Assembly (NCBI GenBank): GCA_937868015.1
Contig: CALMLW010000153.1
Location: 1-54,067, forward strand
Direction of reading: 5' to 3'
From: an uncultured Synergistaceae bacterium
Lineage (GTDB): Bacteria > Synergistota > Synergistia > Synergistales > Aminiphilaceae
DNA length: 54,067 nt
The position numbers and the translations under genes were made by a program. The notes under the pieces were generated by a model. That model was given only the letters and a program-made list of their open reading frames with translations, was not told where the DNA came from and did no database searches. This document shows positions 1 to 9,278 of this stretch, piece by piece. The first letter of the stretch is position 1. Each line of letters starts with the position of its first letter.

Positions 1-552
1 GATGGTGTCCAGGTCGGGTTCCTGGAGGAACATCTCCATCCCCACCGTGCCTTGGCCCGCCACCACCCAGGGATCCTCGTAGGGAGAGACGTAGATCCGC
101 CCCTCCCGGCGGCAGATCTCCAGGGCCCGAGCCTCCGTGTCGTCGTAGAGGGCGCCGAAGACCTCCAGGGTGACGAAGCCTCCCCCCAGCTGGCAAATGG
201 CCCGGCGCTTCACCTCGGGGCACCCCTCGGGAACAAAGATCCGGGCGTGGACCTCCAAGGCCCGGGCCGCCACCGCCACTCCCTGGGCATGGTTTCCGCT
301 GGAGGCGGTCCCCACGCCGCGCCACCGCTCTTCTTCGGTCAGGGAGAACATGCGGTACAGGGCCCCGCGGATCTTGAACGAATGGCACTTCTGCTGGTTT
401 TCCCACTTCAGGAACACCTCGGCCCCCGTGATTTCGCCGAGGTCAGGAGAAGGCTCCAAGGGCGTCTCGTTCACCCGATGGCGCAAAAACTTGTGGGCCC
501 GCACTATCTCCGTGATGTCGGGCCATCCCCGCTCTTCCATCTCTGGCCTCAT
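1..552 (-). CDS. PLP-dependent threonine/serine dehydratase-like enzyme (fold-type II); N-terminal 184 codons, runs off the window
   Basis: Reverse-strand translation from ATG at 552 gives MRPEMEERGWPDITEIVRAHKFL...KCHSFKIRGALYRM...GTASSGNHAQGVAVAAR. The SFK(I/L)RGA lysine motif and SxGNHAQG glycine loop are hallmarks of threonine ammonia-lyase. No stop before position 1. Not in the ORF track because it lacks a stop. Confidence 0.8.
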   Translation of the reverse strand, partial: MRPEMEERGWPDITEIVRAHKFLRHRVNETPLEPSPDLGEITGAEVFLKWENQQKCHSFKIRGALYRMFSLTEEERWRGVGTASSGNHAQGVAVAARALEVHARIFVPEGCPEVKRRAICQLGGGFVTLEVFGALYDDTEARALEICRREGRIYVSPYEDPWVVAGQGTVGMEMFLQEPDLDTI

Positions 553-651
553 GACTTCACCTCCCTAAAACCGATCCCCCCGCCCGATCCTCCTCCCTTC
601 GACCCCTTCACGGAAGCCTCCGGAGGCAAAGGGGGCAAGGGATCGCGCCCC

Positions 652-1671
652 TCACTCGACAAGAAGCTGTCCCGCCCCCAACTCCGCCGCCCGGGCGAGG
701 GCCCGAGAGGCCCCCGCCAAGTCCTGCAACGCCATGCCTGTGACGTCAAAAAGGGTGATCTCCTCCTCCGAGGAGCGCCCCGGCGCTCGCCCCAGGAGGA
801 CCTCTCCGATCTCCCTCACCGATCCCTCTTCCAGAAAGCCCCGGTCCCGGGCATGGTGACACTCCCCCCGGGAGAAGGCCTGGGCCCGATCGTCGGCAAA
901 GACCCGGGCCTCTTCCAGCAACGAGGCCTCCACCTCCTGCTTTTCGGGCATGTCCGCCCCGATGGCGTTCACGTGGGTACCGGGGGAGATCCAGCCTTTC
1001 CATAGGATGGGAGTGGAGGCGGGGGTGCAGGTGACGATGAGCTCCGCCTCCCGAGCCGCAGCGGGCACCTCGTTCCACCCCAGGGGGCGCAGGGAAATCT
1101 GGGGAAAAAAGGGCGCCATATCTCCCACGAAGCGCCCCACCGCCAAGGCGTTGCGCCCCGCCACCGCCACGTCCCTCACGTGGGGAAGCGCGGCGGCGAT
1201 CCCCGCGAGCTGGGCCCGGGCCTGGCTTCCGGTACCTAGGATGAGCCCTCGGCGGATCCCGGGGCGGGCCAGAAGGCGGGCCCCCACGGCCCCCGCCGCA
1301 CCGGTGCGAAGCTCCGTGAGAGAGGCCCCATCCACCAATCCCAGGGGATGGCCCGTCTCCACGTCCATCACCACCACCAATCCCGCCAGGGCGGAAAGCC
1401 CCCGCTCCACGGGATTATCCCCGGCGTAGCCCATGACCTTGAGGCCGAAAAACCCCCGGGGAAAACCTTCTTCCCCCTCCCGCACCCAGCCGGACTTGAT
1501 GTCCATGTCCCGGAGCTCGGGCTCGAAGACCTGGGAAATTACGGGCCACCGCACCCCCTGGCCGGAAACATGCCACCGGTAGGCCCGCTCCACGCAGGCC
1601 ATCGCGTCTTCCATGGACAAAAGGGCGCGAAGATCTCGGGCGTTGAGATAGCGCATGCCGTAACTCTTCAC
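652..1671 (-). CDS. ornithine cyclodeaminase / mu-crystallin family NAD-dependent enzyme
   Basis: 339-aa ORF. Rossmann motif LILGTGSQARAQL and overall OCD/mu-crystallin family resemblance. GTG start with GAGGAGG RBS 8 nt upstream. 100 nt upstream of the dehydratase-like gene on the same strand. Confidence 0.85.
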   Translation of the reverse strand: MKSYGMRYLNARDLRALLSMEDAMACVERAYRWHVSGQGVRWPVISQVFEPELRDMDIKSGWVREGEEGFPRGFFGLKVMGYAGDNPVERGLSALAGLVVVMDVETGHPLGLVDGASLTELRTGAAGAVGARLLARPGIRRGLILGTGSQARAQLAGIAAALPHVRDVAVAGRNALAVGRFVGDMAPFFPQISLRPLGWNEVPAAAREAELIVTCTPASTPILWKGWISPGTHVNAIGADMPEKQEVEASLLEEARVFADDRAQAFSRGECHHARDRGFLEEGSVREIGEVLLGRAPGRSSEEEITLFDVTGMALQDLAGASRALARAAELGAGQLLVE

Positions 1672-2120
1672 CTTTGTGACACCTCCTCGGGGCCTCCCGG
1701 CGCTGCAAGGCCCCCCTCAATTCCCTTTAGGGGTGGCGGAGCGAAACGATTCGGGGCATAATTGGATCCAGTGGATCCAAATTATACTCCACCTCTCCTC
1801 TCCGTCAAGGGGAAATCCCCCCTTCTCCAGGAGCGCCCAAAAAGAGGCGTGGCGCTCCCATCGTGGGAGTGATATCCTGTGAGGAGGTCCCACGCCTTTC
1901 TGGAAGAACTGCGTCGCCCCGGGATGGGGACCCTCTTGCGCCAGGACGCCTGAGTGCGCCGCCGATCTCCGCTGGCAGCCCGTCTTCCGGTGACATCAAA
2001 GGGCCGGGGGCCTCTGTCGCCTTGGAGATCCGGCCCGGGGGGCAAGGATCCTGGGGGACTTCCGGGAGAGGGGGAAGTCCCCCTCCCCGGGTATCGTTGT
2101 GTTTTTAAGGAGGACATGCC

Positions 2121-2678
2121 ATGAAAAACGCCGTGATCGACGTGATTCGCTCCCGCCGCAGCGTGCGCCGCTATCGCCCTGACCCGGTCCCCCCGGAGGC
2201 CCTGGAAGCCGTTCTGGAGGCCGCCCTCTGGGCCCCCAGCGCCTGCGATGGCCAACCCTGGCACTTCACCGCCCTCGTTTCTCCCGAGCGCATTGCCCAG
2301 ATAGACCGAGAGGCCTGTGCCTTCCTCGCCCGGGCTCCCCTGGATTGGGCGGCGGCCATGGGGCGCGCCGCTAACTTCCGCATCTTCTACGGCGCCCCGG
2401 CGGTGGTGGTGGTATCCGGCCTTAAGGACGCGGAGTTTCATACGGCGGTGGATTGTGCCATCGCCGCCCAAAATCTGGTGCTGGCGGCCGAGTCCCTGGG
2501 GCTCTCCAGCTGCTGGATCGGCCTCACCCACTGGTACTTCCAGTCCGAGGGGGCCCGACGGGACCTGGAGATCCCCGAAGGCTACGAGCCCCACTTCGCC
2601 ATCGCCCTGGGTTATCGGGAAGGCCCCGCTCCGGAGGAACCGGAGCGCCGAGGGCACCCCGTGACGGTCCTGCGCTGA
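2121..2678 (+). CDS. nitroreductase family protein
   Basis: 185 aa. N-terminal RRSVRRY...P, WAPSACDGQPW and SCWIG motifs typical of NAD(P)H nitroreductase/flavin reductase. AAGGAGG RBS 7 nt upstream. Confidence 0.85.
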   Translation: MKNAVIDVIRSRRSVRRYRPDPVPPEALEAVLEAALWAPSACDGQPWHFTALVSPERIAQIDREACAFLARAPLDWAAAMGRAANFRIFYGAPAVVVVSGLKDAEFHTAVDCAIAAQNLVLAAESLGLSSCWIGLTHWYFQSEGARRDLEIPEGYEPHFAIALGYREGPAPEEPERRGHPVTVLR

Positions 2679-2825
2679 CGCCCGGCCCTCCTGAGCCCTC
2701 GGACCGCCCACCCTCGCCCCCGCATCCAAAGTTCGAGGCGCTCCTCGGGGGTGAAAAGGCCGGGGCCCGGGGGGCCATCCCTTCCGGTCAAAAGACCCTA
2801 CATACGCCAGAAAAGAGGAGACCCC

Positions 2826-3506
2826 ATGGATCGGTCGACGTGGTGGCAAGGCGTAAAAAGCATGGTCCCCCTGGCGGTGAGCATCGCGGGATGCGGCGTC
2901 GCCTGGGGAACGCTGGCCCGGCAGGGGGGGATGACCCTTCCGGAGATCTTTCTCATGTCCTCCGTGGTCTTCGCCGGAGCTTCGCAGTTCGTGGCGGTGG
3001 GCATGCTCGGCGCCGGAGCGGGCATGGGGGAGATCATCCTCACCACGCTGATCTTGAACCTCCGCCACCTCCTCATGGGAGCCGCCCTGGCCCCCTACTT
3101 CCGGCGCCTCGCCCCCTGGCGCACCGCCCTCTTGGCCCACGGCCTCGTGGACGAGACCTTTGCCCTGGCGGCGGAAAGATTCCGCACCACCGGAGGTGAC
3201 GCGGCGTTTTTTCTCGGCACTGGTACCTTGGCGTTCGTATCGTGGAACGCCGCGACCCTTCTAGGGGCCTTCGTGGGTTCGGGGACCCTGAACCCCCGGG
3301 ACTACGCCCTGGATTTCGCCTTTTTGGGGGCCTTCACCGGTCTATTGGTGCCCCAGATCAGAAGCCGAAGCACCCTCTTGGCCTTTCTCGCCGCCGCCGC
3401 CACCGCCCTGGGGGGGCGCTTCGTGGCCTCGGAACGCACCGTGGTGCTCCTTTCCGCCGTGGCGGCGGCGGTGGCGGGGGTGTGGGGAGAACGCCATGCG
3501 AACTGA
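2826..3506 (+). CDS. azlC: AzlC family branched-chain amino acid exporter subunit
   Basis: Internal ATG at 2826 (MDRSTWW...) preceded by AGAGGAG. Polytopic membrane protein with AzlC-like sequence. Overlaps the downstream azlD start, as in azlCD pairs. Confidence 0.8.
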   Translation: MDRSTWWQGVKSMVPLAVSIAGCGVAWGTLARQGGMTLPEIFLMSSVVFAGASQFVAVGMLGAGAGMGEIILTTLILNLRHLLMGAALAPYFRRLAPWRTALLAHGLVDETFALAAERFRTTGGDAAFFLGTGTLAFVSWNAATLLGAFVGSGTLNPRDYALDFAFLGAFTGLLVPQIRSRSTLLAFLAAAATALGGRFVASERTVVLLSAVAAAVAGVWGERHAN

Positions 3507-3816
3507 CATGGTGCTGCTCATCCTGGGCATGGGGGCCGTCACCTACGCCACCCGCTTCACCTGCCTCTTTCTGGTGGGAAGGTACGCCCTGCCCCCTCTG
3601 GTGACCCGGGCGCTGGCGTACATCCCCATCGGCATTCTCACGGCCTTCGTGGTCCCCGCCCTCTTCTTTTCCGCCCCTGGCGACGGCGCCGGAGGGACCT
3701 CCGAGATGCTCTGGGGGGGGCTGGCCTCCGCCGCCGTGGCGGCCCGATGGGGGCACGTCCTGGGAGCCATGCTGGCGGGCATGGCGGTGGTGGTGCTCCT
3801 GCGCTGGAGCTTTTAG
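3496..3816 (+). CDS. azlD: AzlD family small membrane subunit
   Basis: 106 aa hydrophobic protein (MRTDMVLLILGMGAVTYATRF...) immediately following and overlapping azlC by 11 nt. Confidence 0.8.
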   Translation: MRTDMVLLILGMGAVTYATRFTCLFLVGRYALPPLVTRALAYIPIGILTAFVVPALFFSAPGDGAGGTSEMLWGGLASAAVAARWGHVLGAMLAGMAVVVLLRWSF

Positions 3817-3859
3817 ACGCCCCATCGTCGTCCACCGGAGCCCCGGGCCCGGCAGGGGG

Positions 3860-5254
3860 CTACCCCTTGATCACCGCCACCGGGCGGAGCCTCGCCACCT
3901 TGAGGCTCAACCCCGCGCCCTGCACCACGTCCACCACGTGGGACACGTCCTTGTAGGCTTCGGGGGCCTCCTCGCCGAGGGTGTGGAGGTTCTCCGCCAT
4001 GACCGAAACCCCTCGTTTCGCCAGAGACCGCAGGAGATCCTTGGCCCCCGTCCTCTTCAGCGCCTCGGTGCGGCTCATGGTGCGCCCCGCGCCGTGACAG
4101 GTGGAGGCGAAGGTGCTTTCCTCCGCCTGGGGCGTTCCCACAAGCACGTAGCTCGCCGTCCCCATGCTGCCGGGGATCAGGACGGGAAGGCCCGCGAACG
4201 CCCGGGTCGCTCCCTTGCGGTGCACACAGAGGGTCCTTTTCCGGCCCTCCCACCGGTGCGTTTCCAGATGCGCCAGGTTGTGGCTGACATCCCAGACGGT
4301 ATACAGGGGCTCCCGGGGAAAGAACGCCTTGAAAACGCGCCGCACCGCGTCGGCGATCACGTGGCGATTCGTCATGGCAAAGTTCGCCGCCGCCCGCATG
4401 GCCCCCATGTACCGTTGCCCCTCCTCCGACGACACCGGCACGCCGCAGAGCTGGCGGTCGGGGACGTCGATGCCGTAATGTCCCATGGCCCGGCGCATGA
4501 TCTTCAGCGCGTCGTCGCACACCTGGTGCCCCAGCCCCCGGCTGCCGCAGTGGATCATCACCGCCACACATCCGGGAATGAGCCCCAGGCGGGCGGCGTC
4601 CTTTTCGCTGTAGATCTCGTCCACCATCTGGATCTCCACGAAATGATTTCCCGATCCCAGGGTACCCAGCTGGGTCCGGCCCCGGTCTTTGGCCCGCTCC
4701 GACACCTCTCCGGGAAGGGCTCCCTTGAGACATCCCCCCTCTTCGGTGTGCTCTCCATCGCCCTCGGTGCCAAAACCGTGCTTCACGGCCCACGCCACCC
4801 CGCCTTCCAACACCTGGTCAAGGTCTTTGGGAGAAAGGGGCTTACCTCCTCCGGAGACCGCCCCCGAAGGCACGGCGGAAAAAAGGGCGGGAAGGAGCTT
4901 GTCCACCACCCGGCCGAGGTCTTTTGCCGCGATGGAGGACGCGAGGAGGCGCACGCCGCAGGAGATGTCGTACCCCACGCCCCCGGGACTGATGATCCCC
5001 TCTTCCGCGTCGAAGGCGGCGACCCCGCCGATGGGAAAGCCGTACCCCCAGTGGATGTCCGGCATGGCGAAGCTGTATCCCACGATGCCGGGAAGGGTGG
5101 CCACGTGGGCCACCTGCAGGATGGCGTTGTCGTCCTCCCGCAGGGAGGCGATGTACTCGTCGGCGAAGATCATGCCGGGAACGCGCATGCCGGGCACCGC
5201 CCCCGGATGGAGCAGGAGGCGGGTGCCGTCGATCCGTTCCAAAAACTTTTTCAT
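3860..5254 (-). CDS. rtcB: RNA-splicing ligase RtcB (3'-phosphate/5'-OH RNA ligase)
   Basis: 464 aa with GSGNHF, HCGSRGLG and CHGAGR motifs characteristic of RtcB. GGGAGGG RBS 8 nt upstream. Confidence 0.95.
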   Translation of the reverse strand: MKKFLERIDGTRLLLHPGAVPGMRVPGMIFADEYIASLREDDNAILQVAHVATLPGIVGYSFAMPDIHWGYGFPIGGVAAFDAEEGIISPGGVGYDISCGVRLLASSIAAKDLGRVVDKLLPALFSAVPSGAVSGGGKPLSPKDLDQVLEGGVAWAVKHGFGTEGDGEHTEEGGCLKGALPGEVSERAKDRGRTQLGTLGSGNHFVEIQMVDEIYSEKDAARLGLIPGCVAVMIHCGSRGLGHQVCDDALKIMRRAMGHYGIDVPDRQLCGVPVSSEEGQRYMGAMRAAANFAMTNRHVIADAVRRVFKAFFPREPLYTVWDVSHNLAHLETHRWEGRKRTLCVHRKGATRAFAGLPVLIPGSMGTASYVLVGTPQAEESTFASTCHGAGRTMSRTEALKRTGAKDLLRSLAKRGVSVMAENLHTLGEEAPEAYKDVSHVVDVVQGAGLSLKVARLRPVAVIKG

Positions 5255-5270
5255 GCGGACATCCCTCCCG

Positions 5271-5687
5271 TCACAGATCCAGATAGAGCCGCAGGAAGGG
5301 GTGGGGAGAGCTCTCCAGCACCATGCCCCCGTACGTCGCCGCCTTCACCGCGATGCGCCCCCCCGGCGAAGGAAAGAGAAGTCCCTCGGCGACGAGGGCG
5401 GGGGGATGGGGCGTCACGGTGAGGGAGGTGGGGTGGAAAAAGACCCCTTCGCTCTCCAGGAGAAAAAGGAGCTCGTGGAGCCAAGAGACCACCAGTTCCT
5501 CAAGATCCAGGGTCTCCAGTCGGAGGACGCGGCTCTTTCCGGCGGTGCCCTCCGGGGGAAGGGGGGGAGCCCCGTCGAGGCAAAGGCAATAAAAACCCTC
5601 CGCCGCCTGCAGAAAAAGATCGTGCCACGAGGTGGCCCACACCTCCAACCCCGCATCGGCGGTGTGATCGATGATTTTCCATCCCAT
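5271..5687 (-). CDS. archease (RtcB activator)
   Basis: True start taken at MGWKIIDHTADAGLEVW (ATG at 5687, GGGAGG RBS). M-x-x-x-x-HTAD is the canonical archease N-terminus. The longer 250-aa ORF in the track is an Arg-rich high-GC extension. Stop is 16 nt upstream of rtcB. Confidence 0.85.
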   Translation of the reverse strand: MGWKIIDHTADAGLEVWATSWHDLFLQAAEGFYCLCLDGAPPLPPEGTAGKSRVLRLETLDLEELVVSWLHELLFLLESEGVFFHPTSLTVTPHPPALVAEGLLFPSPGGRIAVKAATYGGMVLESSPHPFLRLYLDL

Positions 5688-6056
5688 GGGGCTCCCTCCC
5701 CGACCGGCTCCAGGTAAAATGCCTCGACGAAAGGCTTCTCCCCCCTCCTCGCGCCCTTGGGCCGAGGGGCGCGGGCGTTGCCCCCGGAAACGTCTCCGGG
5801 AAACGCCTTCCCCTGTCGCTTTCCCCGTCGGCGGAATTTTTTTCGCCAGCGTCGGTCGTCGCCGGTGGATGGGGCCCACGGCCTCTCGCCGGGCCGAGGG
5901 GAGATTCCTACGCCGTCGCCAAAATTCCCCCTTCTTCCTAAGCGGCATCCTGGGGAGCGCCGCGATCTTTGCGTTGCGCCGGGCCGCCGGGCCGAGGGGC
6001 GGGAAATTTTCCCCACGCCCCACCGCCCCGTGGCCGGAGGCTTCTTCGGCGCCCTC

Positions 6057-9000
6057 TCACCGTCGGGCCCGTTCGCAGATTTCTTCTTCCGTCAGCGGGG
6101 CCCGGTCCGGGTGATGCGAGAGGCACAGGGGCACGCGCACCCGGCGAGGCGCCCCCCGGGGCGAAGCGAATTGAAAGGCCCCGCTTTCCAGCGTGGCGAT
6201 CTCTGCGGCAACGCTCCCCCGATCTTCGAGGAAGGATCTGATCTGATCGATGATGCGGGGGGTATTCGCCCGACCACAGAACCAGGTGCTCATGTTCGAC
6301 AGGGATCCGCCGTCGAGGTCTTTAGGGTTTTGGGTGGCCACCACCAGCCCCAGACCGTACTTTCGCCCCTGGGCCGCGAGACGCTGCAACCCCTGCTTAC
6401 AGGCGCTGGTGCGCACCGAAGGGAGAAAGTCCTTGGCCTCGTCCAGCACGATGAGGCCATTCATGCGCCCCGGGGCCTGGATGGGGGGATGGCGACGCGC
6501 CCAGGTCAGGAGGGACAGGACCACGTGCCCCACCACGATCTGACGGTTCCGGTCCCCCGGAACCCCCACAAGGCTCACCACTGACACGGGGGTGCGCCCT
6601 CCTTCGAGGGGGCGTCCCCACAGGATCTCCGGATCGGCCAAGGGCCCTTCGCCGAAGAGGACGGGGGCGGTGAACATGGCCGATTGCAGGTTGTCCGCCG
6701 CCTCCCGGGCCAGGGCGGAAGCGGCGGAGATCTCCCCCGCCGTCCCGGGGGGAAGTTGGCGCAGAAACCCCAGAAAGGCGTGGATGTCCCCCCCCTCGCC
6801 CTGGGCAAAGGTCTTCACCGCCGCCGCCAGGACCCCCGCCATCCGCTTCGCCTTGGCTCCGCTCCCCACCACCGCCAGATCCGTCAGCATATCCACGGTC
6901 ACGGTGGTCGCCAGCTGGAAGGCGTCGGCATCGTCCCGCAGCGCGGGGAAATCGGGCAGCCCCCGCAGGGCGAAGGGGCGCCCCCGGTCGCATCCCGGAG
7001 TCCAGATCCGGACCTCCGCCGTCTCGAAATACCGCTCCGCCCGAAGATCGTCTCCGGGATCCCATCCCTTGGGGGGGTCGGGCCAGCGGTCCCCCAGCTG
7101 GGCCAAATCCCCAGCGCTGTCGAACACCACCGAGGGAATGCCCGCCTGCGCCGCCTCTTCCACGAGGCGCTTGAGGAGCACGGTCTTGCCGCTGCCGCTG
7201 CCAGCCAACACCACCACGTGCCGGGCAAGGTCATCTGCCGAAAGGCGGGCCCGGGTGGTCTCTCCGGGGTCCCCCAGGACCACGACGGGGGCGTCATCGG
7301 AAGAGTGATCTCTCGCCTCCGGAGGCTGTGACACGCCCTCTCCCGACCCTCCGTCGCCTCCGCCGATCATGAGCCGCAGAGGGGCCAGGGATTCCAGGGA
7401 ACTCAAGGGTTTGCGCTCCCGCAGCCAGACTTTAAAGGCCCCCTCTTCTTCCGGAGCGGAGGCTCCGGAGAGTTCCTCTCCCATCCTGACCACCGCCGCC
7501 AGGGTCCGGAGGTCGTCTTCGACGGGGGGCATGAAGACTCCCCCCGCCTTCAAGAAATCCTCCGTGATCCGAGGTCCCACCTTACCCCCCAGGGGGATCC
7601 CTTCGGGACGGAGGATCACCAACCGCCGCCGGGAGAGGTGCCGGGCGATGCCCGATTCGACCATCGCCGCCTGCAGGCGGTGGTTGTAGGCCGTATGATT
7701 TTCCCGGAGCAGCACCCGGAGGCACACATGCCACTCCGCATCGACTCCCCCGGCGCCCGTCACCATGCGCTTCCATCGCAGGTGAATCGCCGGGCAGGAG
7801 CGTCGCCCCCCCGAGGCGCTCTCCACCTCGAAGAAGGTATTTTCCGGGGTTTCGAGCTCCTCCACGCACCGACGACACCCTGCGGCAAAGAGCTCTCCCA
7901 GGGCCCCCTCGGCCCGGTCGTCGTCCTCCAGGTAGGGGGCGATGTCGACCGAGGCCCGGAGCTCCTCCAGGCGGCCATCCAGGGCCTGGAATCGCGACGA
8001 CACGGCGGGGAGGGCCTCCCGAAAGGGGTCCGTCTCCGGCGACCCTAGCTCGCGGACCTCGCCGTGGGCGAGGCAGGCATCCCGGTGGCGGTGGCAGGCG
8101 CGCAGGATCTCCCGGGGGGAGTAGGTCTCCACAGCGGAGAAAAACTCCGGGGCAAAGGGCCAGGTGGAGTAGGGGGGGGAGAAGCTCCCCCGGGCCGCGT
8201 CGAGCCTCCTTTCCACCAGGTCGCGGGCGATGGAACTCTCGGAGACGGGAAGGAGTCGATGGGGCTCCGTGTACCGGTCGGCAAACGAGGCGGGAACGAG
8301 CTTTTTCAGGTGGTCCCACGTATCGCCGAAGCAGGCCACCACCGTCAGGGTGGAGGAATTGAGGCGGTCCCGCAGGGCTCCAAAGCCCTTGCCGATGTCC
8401 CCCAGGACCAATTTAGCCGTTTTGCCCTCTTCGCGGTCGGGGGCGTGGCGTGCGGCGTCCAGCAGGGGAAAGCAGTTGTCGAGCTGGTCGAAGGCCATCA
8501 GAGTGGGCCCTCGAAAGCTCAACATCCTAAAGATCCCCTGGATGAGATGCCCCGGATCGGGCTCGCACTGGACAAGGCCAAGCTGCATGCCGTCGAAGTC
8601 GTCGACCTTACTCCCCTGGAGCCACGCGGAGGCGAGGCTCCAGATGCGGAGGCAGGCCTCGTTATTCATGCCCATCAGGGCCCGGATCACGTCCAACGAA
8701 GGATGGGTGAAGCGGGTCCGGTGGCGTTGCCACAGGGCGTCCACCATGACTTTCGTCGCCCCGCGAAGGTCGTTCTCGCCGAGGGTCGCCACCTCGGCGG
8801 CGTACTCCAGCCCCTGGGCAAGGGTGGCGGAGCGCCCCGAGATGTCTTCGGCCTCCACGAAGAGGGCGGCGATGACGTGGCGCAGCTGGCTCACTCCCTC
8901 CACCTCCCGGGTGAGGGAATCGGCGAGGCCGAGCAGAAGGGTATGGTCGAAGGAGCGCACGTCGGTCATGTCCACGTAGACGAAGGTCACCCCTCGCTCC

Positions 9001-9278
9001 GTGGCCCTCCGGCGCAGCTCCCCCAGGAGGTGGGTTTTGCCCAGACCCGCATCGCCTTTGAGCACGATCCCCAAAGGGGTTTCCCCCGCCTGGGCCGAGG
9101 CCTCCACCCGGGCCAGAATGTCGGCGCGCACCCGATGGTGTAGCTCCGGCACGTCGCGGGGGTCGTCGAACCAGACGCTGCCGAGCTGGCGCGTGAAGGA
9201 GAAATCCGCTCGGCGGAGGTAGGCCAGATGCTCCGTAGAAGGCAAGACCATCGCTTCCTTTCGGTCCGTCGGGATCAC
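6057..9278 (-). CDS. 1073-aa protein with two complete P-loop NTPase modules: N-terminal STAND/ORC-like AAA module plus C-terminal HerA/FtsK-superfamily (DUF87-like) ATPase
   Basis: Walker A #1 VLKGDAGLGKTHLLGEL with hhhhD Walker B LMAFDQLD. Walker A #2 VVVLAGSGSGKTVLLKRL, Walker B/DEAH-like LIVLDEAKDF, and LVVATQNPKDLD (TQxP motif typical of HerA/VirB4-type ATPases). Start overlaps the upstream ORF stop by 4 nt (ATGA). Confidence 0.8.
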   Translation of the reverse strand: MIPTDRKEAMVLPSTEHLAYLRRADFSFTRQLGSVWFDDPRDVPELHHRVRADILARVEASAQAGETPLGIVLKGDAGLGKTHLLGELRRRATERGVTFVYVDMTDVRSFDHTLLLGLADSLTREVEGVSQLRHVIAALFVEAEDISGRSATLAQGLEYAAEVATLGENDLRGATKVMVDALWQRHRTRFTHPSLDVIRALMGMNNEACLRIWSLASAWLQGSKVDDFDGMQLGLVQCEPDPGHLIQGIFRMLSFRGPTLMAFDQLDNCFPLLDAARHAPDREEGKTAKLVLGDIGKGFGALRDRLNSSTLTVVACFGDTWDHLKKLVPASFADRYTEPHRLLPVSESSIARDLVERRLDAARGSFSPPYSTWPFAPEFFSAVETYSPREILRACHRHRDACLAHGEVRELGSPETDPFREALPAVSSRFQALDGRLEELRASVDIAPYLEDDDRAEGALGELFAAGCRRCVEELETPENTFFEVESASGGRRSCPAIHLRWKRMVTGAGGVDAEWHVCLRVLLRENHTAYNHRLQAAMVESGIARHLSRRRLVILRPEGIPLGGKVGPRITEDFLKAGGVFMPPVEDDLRTLAAVVRMGEELSGASAPEEEGAFKVWLRERKPLSSLESLAPLRLMIGGGDGGSGEGVSQPPEARDHSSDDAPVVVLGDPGETTRARLSADDLARHVVVLAGSGSGKTVLLKRLVEEAAQAGIPSVVFDSAGDLAQLGDRWPDPPKGWDPGDDLRAERYFETAEVRIWTPGCDRGRPFALRGLPDFPALRDDADAFQLATTVTVDMLTDLAVVGSGAKAKRMAGVLAAAVKTFAQGEGGDIHAFLGFLRQLPPGTAGEISAASALAREAADNLQSAMFTAPVLFGEGPLADPEILWGRPLEGGRTPVSVVSLVGVPGDRNRQIVVGHVVLSLLTWARRHPPIQAPGRMNGLIVLDEAKDFLPSVRTSACKQGLQRLAAQGRKYGLGLVVATQNPKDLDGGSLSNMSTWFCGRANTPRIIDQIRSFLEDRGSVAAEIATLESGAFQFASPRGAPRRVRVPLCLSHHPDRAPLTEEEICERARR

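Noticed and set aside
52-1005. 317-aa + strand ORF
   Set aside because: Antisense to the dehydratase-like and OCD genes. Arg/Pro/Gly-rich low-complexity translation typical of the wrong frame in 70 % GC DNA. No RBS.
3938-5422. 494-aa + strand ORF
   Set aside because: Entirely antisense to rtcB, which has unmistakable family motifs. Composition-driven open frame.
5688-6023. N-terminal 112-codon extension of the archease ORF (track start 6023)
   Set aside because: Arg-rich junk with no RBS. The canonical archease N-terminus MGWKIIDHTAD begins at 5687 with a GGGAGG RBS.
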